Shown piece after piece: positions 9,747 to 20,168 of a stretch of DNA of 64,000 nucleotides. A program made the translations under genes and the position numbers. Within the stretch, counting starts at the first letter, position 1. Each line of letters begins with the position of its first letter. Location: assembly GCA_963666055.2 (NCBI GenBank), contig CAXWPH010000015.1, positions 2,080,001 to 2,144,000 of the forward strand, written 5' to 3'. The DNA is from Acidobacteriota bacterium. GTDB lineage: Bacteria > Acidobacteriota > UBA890 > WLXD01. The notes under the pieces were generated by a model. That model was not told where the DNA came from. It ran no database searches and saw nothing but the letters and a program-made list of their open reading frames with translations.

Positions 9747-11525
9747 ATGACGCAGAGATCTCGAACCGGCGGCCGTAGCGTGGTCGCCGTTCTTGGCATG
9801 GTGCTGGCTTCGTGTAACGGCGCTGGGCCGAGCGCAGACGAGGCGGCCGATGTTGTGCTGGTCAACGGCAAGATCATCACGGTCGACGCCACCGACACCG
9901 TTGCCGAGGCCGTCGCGGTGAAGGACGGTCGCATTGTCGCGGTCGGCTCGAGCGCCGAGATCGAGGCGCTGGTCGGTGCATCCACCCGCAGGATCGATCT
10001 CGGTGGCCGGGCGGCAACGCCGGGGCTGCTCGACGCGCACGCTCACTTCGGCAACGGCGGCGCCACGCGGATGTTCGTACTGGATCTCAGCTACCCCGAG
10101 GTAACCTCGGTCGCCGATGTGGTCGACAAGGTCGCCGAGCGTGTCGCGCAGGCCGAGCCCGGCGACTGGATCCGCGGCCGTGGCTGGGACGAGGGCAAGT
10201 TCGAGGAGTTGCGCTACGTCACCGCAGCCGACCTCGACGCGATCGCTCCCGACAACCCGGTATGGCTGACGCACACCATGGGGCACTACGGTACCGCCAA
10301 CAGCCTGGCGATGGAGCTTGCCGGCGTTACCCGCGACACCCCGGATCCGCCCGGCGGCACCATCGATCACGACGCCGACGGCAACGCCACGGGCGTGTTG
10401 AAGGAGCGCGCCCAGGGACTGGTCAACGGGCTGATTCCACCGATGAGCCCCGAGCAGGTGCGCGACGGCATGCGCGACCTGTCGCAAGCCTTCAACGCCG
10501 AGGGCATGACCGGGGTGAAGGACCCCGGCATCGGGCAGGCAACCTGGGACGCCTACGCCGATGTGCTCGCCGATGGCGACCTTTCGGTCAGGGTATTCGT
10601 GCTGTGGCGCAGCCGGGGAGACCTGAGCGACGCGGAGGCGCTGGCGGAGCGTGTGGGGCCGTTTACCAGGCCGTACGAGTCGACCAGCGACGATCGTTTG
10701 ATCTCCGGTGGTATCAAACTCATGATCGACGGCAGCGGCGGGGCGCGCACCGCCTGGATGTACGACGACTGGAACCGCGATTTCGACCAGGTCGACACCG
10801 GCAATCGCGGCTACCCGGTGGAGCCGGCGGAGCTGATTCGCGACAAGATTCGGCTGTTCCACGACGCCGGCCTGCACGTCAGCACCCACTCGATCGGCGA
10901 TCGAGGCATCGACTGGGTGGTCGACAGCTACGCCATGGCGCTCGAGGACAATCCCCGTTCCGGGCTCCGCCACGGCATCATCCACGCCAACATCCCCACC
11001 GACCACGCCATCGACACGATGGCGCGGTTACAGCGAGAGTTCGACGCTGGCTTCCCGGAGCCCTCGCCGCCCTTCATGTGGTGGATCGGCGATACCTACG
11101 CCGGCAACTTCGGCCCCGGCCGAGCGTTGCGCCTCAACCCGTTCGCGACCTTTGTCGAGAAGGGCATCCCCTGGGCAAGCGCGTCCGATTTCAGCGTTAC
11201 GCCGTTTGCGGCTCGCTATGGGTTGTGGGCGTCGGTGGCGCGCGAGACCTTGCTGGGCGTGTACGGTGACCACCCGTACGGATCAGACGAGTCGGTGGAT
11301 ATTCGCACCGCGCTACGCTCCTACACCATCTGGAGCGCGCGCCAAATGTTCCTGGAGGACAAGATCGGCTCGATCGAGGTCGGCAAGTACGCCGATATCG
11401 CGGTATGGGACCGTGATCCGTACACAGTGCCCACGGCCGACATCAAGGACATGGTGTGTGAGATGACGCTTTTCGACGGCCGCGTCGTGTACGTCAACCC
11501 GCAGACCACGCTCAACATTCCATAA
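9747..11525 (+). CDS. Amidohydrolase-3 family lipoprotein
   Basis: AGGAGG RBS; lipobox VLASC; PGLLDAHAH, HSIGD, ASDF, GSIEVGKYADIAV. Confidence 0.9.
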   Translation: MTQRSRTGGRSVVAVLGMVLASCNGAGPSADEAADVVLVNGKIITVDATDTVAEAVAVKDGRIVAVGSSAEIEALVGASTRRIDLGGRAATPGLLDAHAHFGNGGATRMFVLDLSYPEVTSVADVVDKVAERVAQAEPGDWIRGRGWDEGKFEELRYVTAADLDAIAPDNPVWLTHTMGHYGTANSLAMELAGVTRDTPDPPGGTIDHDADGNATGVLKERAQGLVNGLIPPMSPEQVRDGMRDLSQAFNAEGMTGVKDPGIGQATWDAYADVLADGDLSVRVFVLWRSRGDLSDAEALAERVGPFTRPYESTSDDRLISGGIKLMIDGSGGARTAWMYDDWNRDFDQVDTGNRGYPVEPAELIRDKIRLFHDAGLHVSTHSIGDRGIDWVVDSYAMALEDNPRSGLRHGIIHANIPTDHAIDTMARLQREFDAGFPEPSPPFMWWIGDTYAGNFGPGRALRLNPFATFVEKGIPWASASDFSVTPFAARYGLWASVARETLLGVYGDHPYGSDESVDIRTALRSYTIWSARQMFLEDKIGSIEVGKYADIAVWDRDPYTVPTADIKDMVCEMTLFDGRVVYVNPQTTLNIP

Positions 11526-11549
11526 ACCTCTCGCACTTCGGAGTTGACC

Positions 11550-13835
11550 ATGCGCATCGATTGCCCGCCCTCGTCGCCCGCGTTGCGCGCGCTCATCGTC
11601 GCCGCTTTGCTGATCGCCCCGACGCATACGGCGCTGGCCCCGGCCGCGGGCCAGACGCCGGCCGACGGGCCACGTGCCATGACCTTCCTCGATATGCAGC
11701 ACATGGCTCGGGCCGGCTCCTTCGCCCCTAGCCTCGACGGCAAGTGGATGCTGTACACGGTAACCACACCCGATTGGGAGAATGCGACGCAGCAGTCCGA
11801 CATCCACTTGGTGTCACTGGAGCAGGGCGCCGCCTCGGGTCGCCGCATGACCTACACGGACGACAAGAACGAGAGATCTCCGACGTGGTCGCGTGACGGG
11901 CGCTTCTTCGTCTTCGCTTCTGACCGCGACTCTGACGACGATAACGACCAGCTGTACCTGATGCGCCCGGATGGCGGCGAAGCGAGGCGAATCACGGATG
12001 CCGAGGACGGCGTGTCGAACTTCGCCTTCAGCGACGACGGCCAATGGCTGGCCTACCGTAGCGGCGAGTCCGGCCAGGAGCAGCTGTTCAGGCTACAGGT
12101 GCAAGGTATCGACACGGCGACGGCGGAGGAGCTCACCGATGACGCCGCCGGCGTCGAAGACTGGGAGTGGGCCCCGGATAGCCGCCGCATCTACTTCGCC
12201 AGGCCCGACAACGTCGATGCGGACGAGCGCTTGCGCACTGAGATGAAGTTCACCGTCGACGTTCGCAACCAGGAGACGCCATTGTCGAGCCTGTGGGTGC
12301 TCGAGCTCGATTCGCTGCAAGCAACTCGGTTGACCGACGATGCGAGCATGAGCGTGACGAGCTTCACGGTATCCGACGACGGTCGCTGGGTGGGCTTCAC
12401 GGGATCTTCGGCCGAGCGTTACGAGCGCAACATCACCGAGGAGCGCATCAACGCCGACCTCTACCTGCTCGAGACCTCGACCGGGTATGTGGAGCGGTTG
12501 ACTGACAACCACGAGGTCGGCGAAGGCGGCATGAGCTTCTCGCCCGACGGCCGCCTGCTGGCATTCTCCGCTCCCGGCGATATGGATGCCTACAGCATGA
12601 AGAACCGGCGCGTCTACGTGCGCGAGGTTGCCGATCGAGGCGGCGTCTTCCGCCAGGTCGGCAGTGGTTTTGACGGGCACGCATCGCCGAGCTTCTGGTC
12701 CGATGACGGTAGCACCATCTATTTCAACGGCGGTGTTCGCGTCACCAGCCAGCTGCACTCCGTCGACGTAGCCAGCGATACGGTGCAGCAGCTAACGCAC
12801 GAAGCTGCCGCGCTCAGGGTGAGCCGCGACGACGATTCGGGCGTGCTGCTGATCAACTACTCGGATCCGAGCACCCCGCCGACGCTGTTTACGGTGGCGA
12901 GCGTGCAGGAGATGGGCACGCGCTCGGCATGGAAGCAGCTCGTCGACGTCAACCGCCAAATCGAGGGCCTCGCCCTGGGTGAGGAGACCGAGATCACCTG
13001 GACGTCGACCGACGGCAAGCAGGTTGGCGGCGTGCTGGTGAAGCCGGTGAGCTACGAGGAGGGGAAGCGCTACCCGCTCATCGTCGCCATCCACGGTGGT
13101 CCCGCCGGTGCCGACACGCTGCGGTTCAACGGCGGCTACGGATCGCAGGTGTACGCCGGCGCCGGGTACGCGGTGTTGAAGCCCAACTACCGGGGCTCGT
13201 CCAACTACGGCGAAGAGCACCGTACCGCCATCGTTGGCGACTACTTCCCGCAGGGCTACGACGACATCATGACCGGCGTCGACCACCTCATCGCTGAGGG
13301 CATCGTCGACCCCGATCGTATGGGGGCGCTCGGCTGGAGCGCCGGCGGCCACTGGTCGAACTGGATACTCACCCACACCGACCGCTTCAAGGCGATCAGC
13401 TCCGGCGCGGGCACCTCGAACTGGATCTCGATGTACGCGCAGAGCGATGTACAACGCAACCGCCAGTTCTACCTCGGCAACGACCTCCCGTACGACAACT
13501 ACGACGCTTACTGGGAGCAGTCGCCGATGAAGTACATCAAGAACGCCAAGACGCCGACGATGATCCACGTGGTCGAAGGCGATCCTCGCGTTCCCAGCCC
13601 GCAATCGGTCGAGCTGCACATGGCGCTCAAGAAGCTCGGGGTGCCCACCGAGCTGTACATGTATCCGGGCCGCAGCCACGGCATCCCGGATCCGCGCAAC
13701 CGGTTGGTAAAGGCGGTCAGCGAGATGGCGTGGATGGACTACTACGTGCGCGGTATCGGCGAGAAGTTCGCCTGGCGCGACGTGCTGAAGACACTCAGCG
13801 ACCCGGGAAAGACCGCCGCGAACGGTGGCAGCTGA
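11550..13835 (+). CDS. S9 family serine peptidase
   Basis: Beta-propeller repeats; IHGGP; GWSAG nucleophile; GDPRV Asp; RSHG His. Confidence 0.92.
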   Translation: MRIDCPPSSPALRALIVAALLIAPTHTALAPAAGQTPADGPRAMTFLDMQHMARAGSFAPSLDGKWMLYTVTTPDWENATQQSDIHLVSLEQGAASGRRMTYTDDKNERSPTWSRDGRFFVFASDRDSDDDNDQLYLMRPDGGEARRITDAEDGVSNFAFSDDGQWLAYRSGESGQEQLFRLQVQGIDTATAEELTDDAAGVEDWEWAPDSRRIYFARPDNVDADERLRTEMKFTVDVRNQETPLSSLWVLELDSLQATRLTDDASMSVTSFTVSDDGRWVGFTGSSAERYERNITEERINADLYLLETSTGYVERLTDNHEVGEGGMSFSPDGRLLAFSAPGDMDAYSMKNRRVYVREVADRGGVFRQVGSGFDGHASPSFWSDDGSTIYFNGGVRVTSQLHSVDVASDTVQQLTHEAAALRVSRDDDSGVLLINYSDPSTPPTLFTVASVQEMGTRSAWKQLVDVNRQIEGLALGEETEITWTSTDGKQVGGVLVKPVSYEEGKRYPLIVAIHGGPAGADTLRFNGGYGSQVYAGAGYAVLKPNYRGSSNYGEEHRTAIVGDYFPQGYDDIMTGVDHLIAEGIVDPDRMGALGWSAGGHWSNWILTHTDRFKAISSGAGTSNWISMYAQSDVQRNRQFYLGNDLPYDNYDAYWEQSPMKYIKNAKTPTMIHVVEGDPRVPSPQSVELHMALKKLGVPTELYMYPGRSHGIPDPRNRLVKAVSEMAWMDYYVRGIGEKFAWRDVLKTLSDPGKTAANGGS

Positions 13836-13849
13836 GGAGAGCGTTGGCC

Positions 13850-14758
13850 GTGTCCGAGGCCGCCGTTCGCTTCGACGATATCCACAAGAGCTACGGCGAG
13901 ACCGTAGCGCTGCGCGGTGTGTCGTTCGAGGTTCGTTCTGGCGAGGTGTTCGGGCTACTGGGACCCAACGGTGCCGGCAAGACCAGCCTGATCCGCATCC
14001 TGCTCGACATCATTCGCGCCGACGAGGGCGGCGTGCACCTGTTCGGCGAGCCGTTGACGCACGACTTGCTCGATCGGGTCGGCTATCTGCCGGAAGAGCG
14101 CGGGCTCTACCGGAAGCAGAAGATCGTCGACGTGCTGGCGTACTTCGGGCGACTGCACGGGCTCAGCCGGGCCGAGGCACGCGAGCGCTCGTTCGCCTGG
14201 CTCGATCGCGTCGGCTTGTCGGAGGTCGCCAGCTGGAAGGTCGAACGCCTGAGCAAGGGGATGAGCCAGAAGGTGCAGGTGGCGGGCACGCTGCTGTTCG
14301 AGCCCGACCTCTGCGTTCTCGACGAGCCCTTTACCGGGCTCGATCCGCTCAACGTGCGCCTCGTGCAGGAGCTCATCGAAGAGCGTCGCGCCGCCGGCAT
14401 GACCACCATCCTGTCGACGCACCGCATGAACGCGGTCGAGGAGCTCTGTGATCGCGTCGCGCTGATCGATCACGGCAGCCTGGTGGTCTACGGCAAGACC
14501 GAGACGGTGCGCCGGGAGCACTCGGCCGGCGATATCCGGGTGACGTTGGCGGCCGCACCGCCGCCGCTGACGGAGATCGTACAGGCCACCGACGAGGGCG
14601 ATGGCAACTGGCTGCTGCAGCCGCAGCCCGACCTGAGCGTCGGCGAGCTGGTGCGCGCCCTGGTGGAGGCCGGCGCCGCTGTTGAGCGCATCGAGCCGGT
14701 GCTGGCCTCGATGGAAGACGTGTTCGTGCAGGTGGTCCAGCAGGAGCGCGAACACTGA
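13850..14758 (+). CDS. ABC-2 type exporter ATP-binding protein
   Basis: GPNGAGKT, LSKGM, LDEPFTGLD; GTG start after GGAG. Confidence 0.92.
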   Translation: MSEAAVRFDDIHKSYGETVALRGVSFEVRSGEVFGLLGPNGAGKTSLIRILLDIIRADEGGVHLFGEPLTHDLLDRVGYLPEERGLYRKQKIVDVLAYFGRLHGLSRAEARERSFAWLDRVGLSEVASWKVERLSKGMSQKVQVAGTLLFEPDLCVLDEPFTGLDPLNVRLVQELIEERRAAGMTTILSTHRMNAVEELCDRVALIDHGSLVVYGKTETVRREHSAGDIRVTLAAAPPPLTEIVQATDEGDGNWLLQPQPDLSVGELVRALVEAGAAVERIEPVLASMEDVFVQVVQQEREH

Positions 14759-16079
14759 TGCGGCGTCGGCAAGTAGCCTGCGTCGCCGAGTTCGAGTTCC
14801 TCTCGATCGTGCGTACAAAGGGCTATTTGCTGGCTACCTTCGGGATGCCGGCCCTGCTAGTGGTGTACGCACTGTTCGCCAACTGGTTCGGCAACTTCAT
14901 CTTGCGCTCCGGCGAAGGTGAGACGCGGGTGTTCGGGGTGATCGACGCGGCCGGGTTGCTCGATTTGCGCGAGGACCTCGCCGGATCGTTGCTGCAGCTA
15001 CCCGATGCGGCTCGCCTGGCATTGGAGCAAAGCGGTGCCGACGTCTTGGGGCCGATCGCCTTCTTCACCGATACGGTGTTCCGTGGGTTCGACGATCAGG
15101 CAAGCGCGACACAAGCGTTCCTTGCCGACGAGATTGCCGGCTACATCGTCTTGCCGTCGGACTTCGTCGCCTCAGGTGAGATCGACGTCTACGCGAGCGA
15201 CGACGTGCGGACGCCACGCGGTACGGCGCGCGAGAACCTCGCCAGCCTGTTGCTCGAAGGCTTCCAGCAGCAGGCGCCGGAGGAGGTGCGAGCGCGCCTG
15301 GCCGATCCTGTTGCGAGCCATCGCGACTGGGTGATCGAGGAGAACGGTGCAACCCATCCGTACGACCGGCGGCCGCGATCCTGCGCGTTGCCGTGCCCGG
15401 CGCGTTCACCATCACGTTCCTGATCGCCCTGCTCACCACCACCGGCTATCTGGTGCAGGGCGTCTCAACGGAGAAGGAGAATCGCGTTGTCGAGGTGCTG
15501 CTGTCGTCCACCACGCCCGACGAGATTCTCGGCGGCAAGCTGCTGGGGCTCGGGACGGCCGGCCTGCTTCAGGTCCTGGTGTGGTTCTCGATGGTCATCT
15601 TCGGTGCCGCAATCGCGGCGGGCATCGCCATTGCAGCGGGCGTGGCGATCCCATGGAAGGCGCTCATCACCGGCGCACTCTTCTTCGTTGCAGCCTACTT
15701 CTTCTACGGGGCCATCATGCTGGCCTTCGCCTCCTTCGGCAACAGCCAGCAGGAGGGCCAGAAGCTCGCCGGCTTGTGGACGATGCTGGCGGTGCTTCCC
15801 ATGATGCTGTTCCCCGTCATGATCAACGCACCGCACGGCACCCTGGCGCGGATCATGAGCTTCATCCCCTTCAGCGCAGGGCTTACGATGCTTGGCCGCG
15901 TTGCGCTCGATCCGGACGGTGTGCAAGTCTGGGAGCTGGCGCTGTCGCTGGGGATTCTGATCATCTCGACCTGGCTGGCGCTCAAGCTCGGGGCGCGGCT
16001 GTTCCGCATCGGGCTGCTGGCGCTCGGTAGCCGTCCGAAACTGAGGGAAATCTGGCGTCAGGCGCGCCTATCCAGCTAG
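14758..16079 (+). CDS. ABC-2 type permease, frameshifted near 15367
   Basis: ORFs 14758-15423 and 15393-16079 form one permease (EKENRVVEVLLSS..P.EIL.GK); one added base near 15367 restores the frame. Confidence 0.85.
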
Positions 16080-17069
16080 GACTTCTACCGCCCCACCGTT
16101 TCGCGCCGATCGGTAGAGCGCCTCGATGACGCGCATGTTGCGCGCCGCCTCGGCGGCGTCGTAGCGCAGCGGCAGGTCGTCGAGAGCGCACTCGGCGAAG
16201 TGCTCGACCATGAGCCGGTACTCATCGACGCCCTCAACGGTGTGCGTTTGCCGCTCATCGTGGCCGCGCAGCTGGTGAATCTGCGCGTCGCCGGTGCCGG
16301 GTAGGAACGCCGCCGGCACGCGCAGATGCCCCTCGGTGCCAGCGATCTCGTAGTCTTCTCGCCTCTCCAGCGTCAGGGCGCAATCGAACTGTGCCAGCAA
16401 CCCGTGGGCAAAGCGCATCGTGCCCGCCATCTGCGTGTCCACACCGCTGGCCCCCCACTCCGCCAGGGCTTGAACCTCGAGCGGCTCGCTGCCGGCGACC
16501 GTTCGGCTGACGTTGACGCAGTAGCAGCCAACGTCCATCAGCGCGCCGCCGCCAAGCTCCGGCTGCAGGCGAATGTTGTCCGGCTTGGTGAGGCGAAACG
16601 TGAAAGCGCTGCGGATCACGTGCGGCTCTCCGATGGCGCCCGACCGCACCAGCTCCACGACCTTGGCGGTACGTGGATGGAAGCGGTACATGAACGCCTC
16701 CATCAGCTTCACGCCGCTGGCGTCGGCGGCCGCCTGCATCTCGGCGCACTCCTTCGCGGTGAGCGCCAGCGGCTTCTCGCAGAGCACATGCTTGCCATGC
16801 TCGGCGGCACGAATCGTCCACTTTCGATGCATGCTGTTGGGCAGCGGAATGTAGACGGCATCGATGTCTTCCTGCACCAACAGGGCCTCGTAGCTGCCGT
16901 ACGATCGTGGGATGCCGGAGGCTTGGGCGAACGCCTTCGCCGCCGCCGCTCTGCGGCTCGCAACCGCCACCAGCTCGCCGTTGTCGGATGCCTGGATCGC
17001 CGGGTTTACCGCCACGCGGCCGATGTTCGCCGTGCTGATCACGCCCCAGCGCAGCTTTCGGTCGCTCAC
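16068..17069 (-). CDS. Gfo/Idh/MocA oxidoreductase
   Basis: WGVISTANIG, YIPLPN..H, CEKP, GGGALMDVGCY. Confidence 0.92.
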   Translation of the reverse strand: MSDRKLRWGVISTANIGRVAVNPAIQASDNGELVAVASRRAAAAKAFAQASGIPRSYGSYEALLVQEDIDAVYIPLPNSMHRKWTIRAAEHGKHVLCEKPLALTAKECAEMQAAADASGVKLMEAFMYRFHPRTAKVVELVRSGAIGEPHVIRSAFTFRLTKPDNIRLQPELGGGALMDVGCYCVNVSRTVAGSEPLEVQALAEWGASGVDTQMAGTMRFAHGLLAQFDCALTLERREDYEIAGTEGHLRVPAAFLPGTGDAQIHQLRGHDERQTHTVEGVDEYRLMVEHFAECALDDLPLRYDAAEAARNMRVIEALYRSARNGGAVEVLAG

Positions 17070-17914
17070 AGGCTGCCTCCCGGTTTCGTGTCGACCTCGC
17101 CGCCCCGTCTAGTCACCCAGTCGTAGCGAGGGTCGTCGTCGATGATGGGCCCCGTCGGTCGCGTCCCTATGCCGGCGCCGCCATCGACCTTGTACAGGGC
17201 ACCCGTCACGTAGCTGGATGCCTCAGACGCCAGCCACAGGACCAGAGCCGCGACCTCCGCCGGCGCGCCTGGCCGTGAAAGCGGCGGCATCGGAATCCGG
17301 GCCGCGAGCCGCTCGGCCATCGGCGCGGGTAACGGCTTGGGCTGCGTATCGATGAGCCCAGGGCTGACCGTGTTTACGAGGATGCCGTGGGGCGCAAGCT
17401 CGATGGCAGCCACGCGCGAGAAGCTCTCCGTCGCTGCGCGACTGGACGCGTACGCTGCAGCACCGGCCGAGCCCCGTCGGCTCACGCCCGAGGAGAAGTT
17501 GATGATGCGACCCTCAGCCCCTTGCTCGATGAGCACACGCGCTGCCGCCTGCGTCATGAGGAACGTCCCCCGACAGTTGACCGCGTACACCCGGTCCCAC
17601 ACTTCGACGCGCTCCTCGAGCAGACTCGCATGAGGAGCGACCGCCGCGTTGTTGACACAGATGTCCAGGCGACCAAAGCGCTCGACGGCGGCCTCGATGA
17701 TGCTCGCCGCACCATCGACCTCGCTGATATCTGCGACGACGGTTGCGACCCCTGGCCCCACGACGCGTTCTGTCTCGGCCAGGCCAGCAGCATCACGGTC
17801 CGCGGCGACGACGCGGGCGCCCGTCCTCGCGAATGCGGCGACAATCTCGCGACCAACGCCGCGCGCGGCGCCCGTCACGACCGCTATCTTGCCGGTGAAG
17901 TCGTAATTGACCAT
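17066..17914 (-). CDS. SDR family oxidoreductase
   Basis: TGAARGVG, NNAA, YASSR, VNTVSPG. Confidence 0.9.
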   Translation of the reverse strand: MVNYDFTGKIAVVTGAARGVGREIVAAFARTGARVVAADRDAAGLAETERVVGPGVATVVADISEVDGAASIIEAAVERFGRLDICVNNAAVAPHASLLEERVEVWDRVYAVNCRGTFLMTQAAARVLIEQGAEGRIINFSSGVSRRGSAGAAAYASSRAATESFSRVAAIELAPHGILVNTVSPGLIDTQPKPLPAPMAERLAARIPMPPLSRPGAPAEVAALVLWLASEASSYVTGALYKVDGGAGIGTRPTGPIIDDDPRYDWVTRRGGEVDTKPGGSL

Positions 17915-17957
17915 CGATAGCTCCCCTCGCAGCTTCGGGATGCGGTCACAGGCTGCC

Positions 17958-19133
17958 TCACTGTTGCGCATCAACCTCGTCCCGGAGCGGCAAGCTCACC
18001 CACCGACGCTGGCGATGCGAAAGCGTCACCGCGTTGATGATCTCCTGCACCCGGGCGCTCTGCGCGAAGTTGCCCTGGTTGACCGGGCCATCGGCGATGA
18101 TCTCGCGGCAGAAGTCGTGTACCAAGTTACCGTAGAACGCTGCGCTCCAGTCGTCTCCTTCCTGATATCCCGGCGGGAAGTAGCGACTGGGGATTTCTTG
18201 TTGCACGAACTCAACGGCGTCGGGCTTGGCGGTGTGGATGGTCTGGATGACGCCGAACTCCTCTACGAGCCGTACCTGAATGGCGCCTTCCGAGCCGAAT
18301 ATTCGCGCTTCGATACCAGGGTAGTTGCCGACCGTCACGTAGCTCGACTGCATCGAGAACAGTGCGCCGTTGGCAGCCTCGCCCATGAACATGTCGGCGT
18401 CGTCGATGTTGATGCGCTCGCGCACGCGATCGAGATTGGTTCGACGCCGCTCGGGCACCATGTTGGCCAGGATCCCCACCACCTGCGTCAGGTCGCTGTC
18501 GATGCAAGCTAGGCCGATATCGATCGTCGGTGCCCCATAGCCCTCGAGAGAAGACACCGTGATGCCCTCGCGGCTGAGGTCTGTTCCCCAATCAGGCTCG
18601 TCAACCGGTTTCGTCTTGTGGATGCGCTTGTCGATCGGGTTGTCGGGATCGAGCCACTGCGAGTTCTGCTCGTAACCGTTGAACACGAACGGGCGCCCGA
18701 TGAAGCCCTCGCGGATCAAGTCGAACATGTACATGACCGCCGGCGCGTAGCGGAACGTCAGGCCGACCTTGGTCTTCAGGCCCTTGGCCTCGGCGAGCTC
18801 GTGCGCCCGCCAGACGTCGCGATAGTCGTGGCACACAGGCTTTTCCACCAGGCAGTGCTTGCCGGCGTCGAGCGTGTCGAACACGAGCCGTTCGTGCTCG
18901 GCACGGGTCACGATGTCGACCACATCGACGTCGTCTCGCGCCAGGATCTGCCGGTAGTCGGTGTAGATGTCGGGAATGTCGAACTCCGTAGCCCGCGCCG
19001 TAGCCAGGTCGCTGTCGAGGTCGCAGATCGCCACCAGGTTGCATAGCGGCGAGCGCGCGAACCCCGGTAGGTGAGCCGACCTCGCCCAGCGACCGGCGCC
19101 GACGACGGCGACGCGTAGCATCTTGGTGGTCAC
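17958..19133 (-). CDS. Gfo/Idh/MocA oxidoreductase
   Basis: VAVVGAG Rossmann motif, HCLVEKP. Confidence 0.88.
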   Translation of the reverse strand: MTTKMLRVAVVGAGRWARSAHLPGFARSPLCNLVAICDLDSDLATARATEFDIPDIYTDYRQILARDDVDVVDIVTRAEHERLVFDTLDAGKHCLVEKPVCHDYRDVWRAHELAEAKGLKTKVGLTFRYAPAVMYMFDLIREGFIGRPFVFNGYEQNSQWLDPDNPIDKRIHKTKPVDEPDWGTDLSREGITVSSLEGYGAPTIDIGLACIDSDLTQVVGILANMVPERRRTNLDRVRERINIDDADMFMGEAANGALFSMQSSYVTVGNYPGIEARIFGSEGAIQVRLVEEFGVIQTIHTAKPDAVEFVQQEIPSRYFPPGYQEGDDWSAAFYGNLVHDFCREIIADGPVNQGNFAQSARVQEIINAVTLSHRQRRWVSLPLRDEVDAQQ

Positions 19134-20168
19134 GGCCTGTCTCGAGCTCCGATCTGTTCAGCGTGATGGCAGGAGACCCAGTGAGGATCGCCCCCCTGAG
19201 GTGCGCCAAGGTCGCGGTACTCCGGATCCTGCTGCGAGCAAATGTCAGTGGCGTGCGGGCAGCGAGTGTGGAATCGACAGCCGTGCGGTGGGCGCATCGG
19301 GCTCGGAACCTCGCCTTGCAGTCGTGATCGATGGCGGTTCGCCGCGGCTTCGGGATCTGGTTGTGGAATGGCCGCGATCAGCGCTTGAGTATAGGGATGC
19401 AGTGGGCGCTCGAAAACGTCGTCACGCTCGCCGAGCTCGACAATGCGGCCGAGGTACATCACCGCTATTCGATCGCTGAGATGGCGCACCATCGACAGGT
19501 CATGGGCGATGAAAAGGTAGGTGAGCCCCAGATCATCCTTCAGATCGCTCAGCAGGTTGACGATCTGCGCCTGGATCGACACGTCCAGGGCGGAGATAGG
19601 CTCGTCGGCGACGATGAACCGGGGGCTGGTAGCTAGGGCGCGGGCGATGCCGACCCGTTGCCGTTGCCCCCCCCCCCCCCCCCGAGAGCTGGTGGGGATA
19701 GCGGCCGGCGAAGCTCTCGTTGAGGCCGACGAGCTCGAGCAGCTCGCTGACGCGATCGGCACGGTTCGGCTTGCTGCCGATGTCGTGGATGTCGAGTGGC
19801 TCGGCGATGGTCTCGCCAACGCGCCAGCGTGGGTTCAGCGAGGCGAACGGATCCTGGAAGATCATCTGCATGTGCCGACGAGTGCGGCGCAGCGCATCGG
19901 GCTGCATGCCGGTGAGCTCGTGGCCTTCGAAAACGACGCGGCCGGAAGTCGGTTGGTCGAGCTGAAGCACGGTGCGGCCGGTGGTCGTCTTGCCCGATCC
20001 GCTCTCGCCCACCAGGCCGAGCGTCTCTCCCGGGAAGATGTCGAAGCTCACCCCGTCTACCGCGCGGATGGCGCCGACCTGCCGCCTTAGAAACCCGCGC
20101 CGCACCGGAAAGTGCTTCTTCAACTCGCGAACCTGGCACAACGCAATCGGCCCCCGATCCATGCTCAT
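19130..20168 (-). CDS. Oligopeptide ABC ATP-binding protein (OppF-like), frameshifted at a C17 run
   Basis: GESGSGKT in one frame, [15 protein letters not shown] and GCRFHTRC in another; break at 19667-19683 inside LSGGQ. Confidence 0.88.

Noticed and set aside
9345-11006. 553-aa minus-strand ORF and similar long antisense ORFs
   Set aside because: Shadow ORFs of real high-GC genes; no recognisable motifs
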